Below, in pieces: positions 62,750-64,000 of a stretch of 64,000 nt of DNA (position 1 is its first letter; the number at the start of each line of letters is the position of its first letter). A program made the translations under genes and the position numbers. This DNA comes from Nemertoderma westbladi. Its lineage: Eukaryota > Animalia > Xenacoelomorpha. The notes below the pieces were generated by a model. The model was not told the DNA's origin and made no database searches. It saw only the letters and a list, made by a program, of their open reading frames with translations. The stretch spans positions 14,909 to 78,908 of the forward strand of contig JAUCBJ010002084.1 in the NCBI GenBank assembly GCA_032718475.1, read 5' to 3'.

Positions 62750-64000
62750 ATATCTTTGTGGTAGAATATTATTCATTGGCAAATATTTAGTTTATGGAAA
62801 TTATCATGATAGTGTAATGATTTAATTGTGCTATTTTATATAGATTGTAATAGGATAGGAATGTTTAGAGTGAATTTAATTTTTTTTGAAATGGTTTTAT
62901 AATTAATTATGCCGTAATTAATAATTATATAGATTTGCTAAATAAAATTGTAATATTTGGAATGGGGAATTACTTTATAGCTGTTCATATCTGTATCCCA
63001 GGTAATTATTGCTGGTAATTAATTATAAGCCAACTTATTTATTTGGTAATTAAATTGTAATGTATCTCCTCGAATGGTTGGAGTTCTAGAATATTTTATT
63101 TGATGGATTGTATGAGAGTTTAGTAGAATCTATTAATATAATTATTGTTAATAAATATAAGTGTTGGTGCGGCTTGTAATGCAGTTATATAGTGATTGTC
63201 GGTTGCAATGGATTCTATATTATAGTCAGCATTTTATTTTGATTTTCATAATATTATTATTTAGTTGTTACGGTATTTACTATTATTATAATTAATTTAG
63301 TTGATAAATATTCCCGTTTTGTGTCACACAGTTAGTCAGCCATGTTTCTCATTATTAGTGCGACAATGTATAAGTACAAAAAATAGTTTAGTTAAAAGTT
63401 TATAATATTTTAAACCGCCTAGTTACTTGCTTTACGTTCTAGAATAAAAGATATTAAAGTAAATATACCGGTAACCCACCGGTACAGCGAATAAATATTA
63501 GCCAAACAATTAAAGGAATCCTTTAAACATATAATAATTAATTGACGCAAATAACAGCTCGTTATTCTCTAAAATTAAACTGTAACTTGGTTTATTGTTT
63601 TGGTTAGAATAACTTGCTACCGTAACCGACTCCTGATACGTGACATTAATACGCCAACGTGACATTTGCGTCCCCCCCCCCCCCCCAGGTCTCACTTTAT
63701 TTTATCCTGATATATAAAGTCCTCGGCTATATGTTTTATTCTCATTTTATTCGCTTTCCAGCTGATAGTTTTACCGCCATCAATCGCATTTGTATTTTTA
63801 TCTTTGTTTTTTTTTGTTTATTTAAGAATCAATATATTGCCGATTCGTCTAATATTATTATTATTACCTGAACAGATTAGGATTGCAAATTATTTTTCTG
63901 AAGATATGATTATAGATAGCAGTGCATTACTTTTGGTTGCTGAAAGATGCTATTTTTTTATATTTGTATTGTTTGCAAAGGAAATGTTGATTAGAAATAA

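Overview
This is eukaryotic (animal-like) genomic DNA with AT-rich introns, and roughly three quarters of it is tandem repeat. Bases 1-24783 are a single 59-bp satellite. From 29917 to 62306 on the + strand is a complete, manually reconstructed unkempt (UNK/UNKL family) gene: 12 coding exons, all introns GT-AG with consistent phases, 2187 nt / 728 aa, six CCCH zinc fingers and a C-terminal RING. Seven of its 11 coding-region introns carry their own unrelated tandem array (units of about 20, 29, 31, 36, 39, 39, 54 bp and one irregular pyrimidine-rich unit). The most striking observation is that four of these arrays are tandem copies of the exon-intron junction itself. They give about 14 copies of the exon 3 acceptor, 4 in-frame copies of the exon 3 donor, 2 decayed copies of the exon 7 end and 31 near-identical copies of the exon 10 donor. 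Several small transposon relics are also visible (piggyBac-like, MITE-like, a 5'-truncated LINE-like tail inside a satellite, and a tRNA-headed LTR-like segment). Almost all ORFs in the supplied track are artefacts of the repeats. No database searches were run; family assignments rest on recalled motifs.
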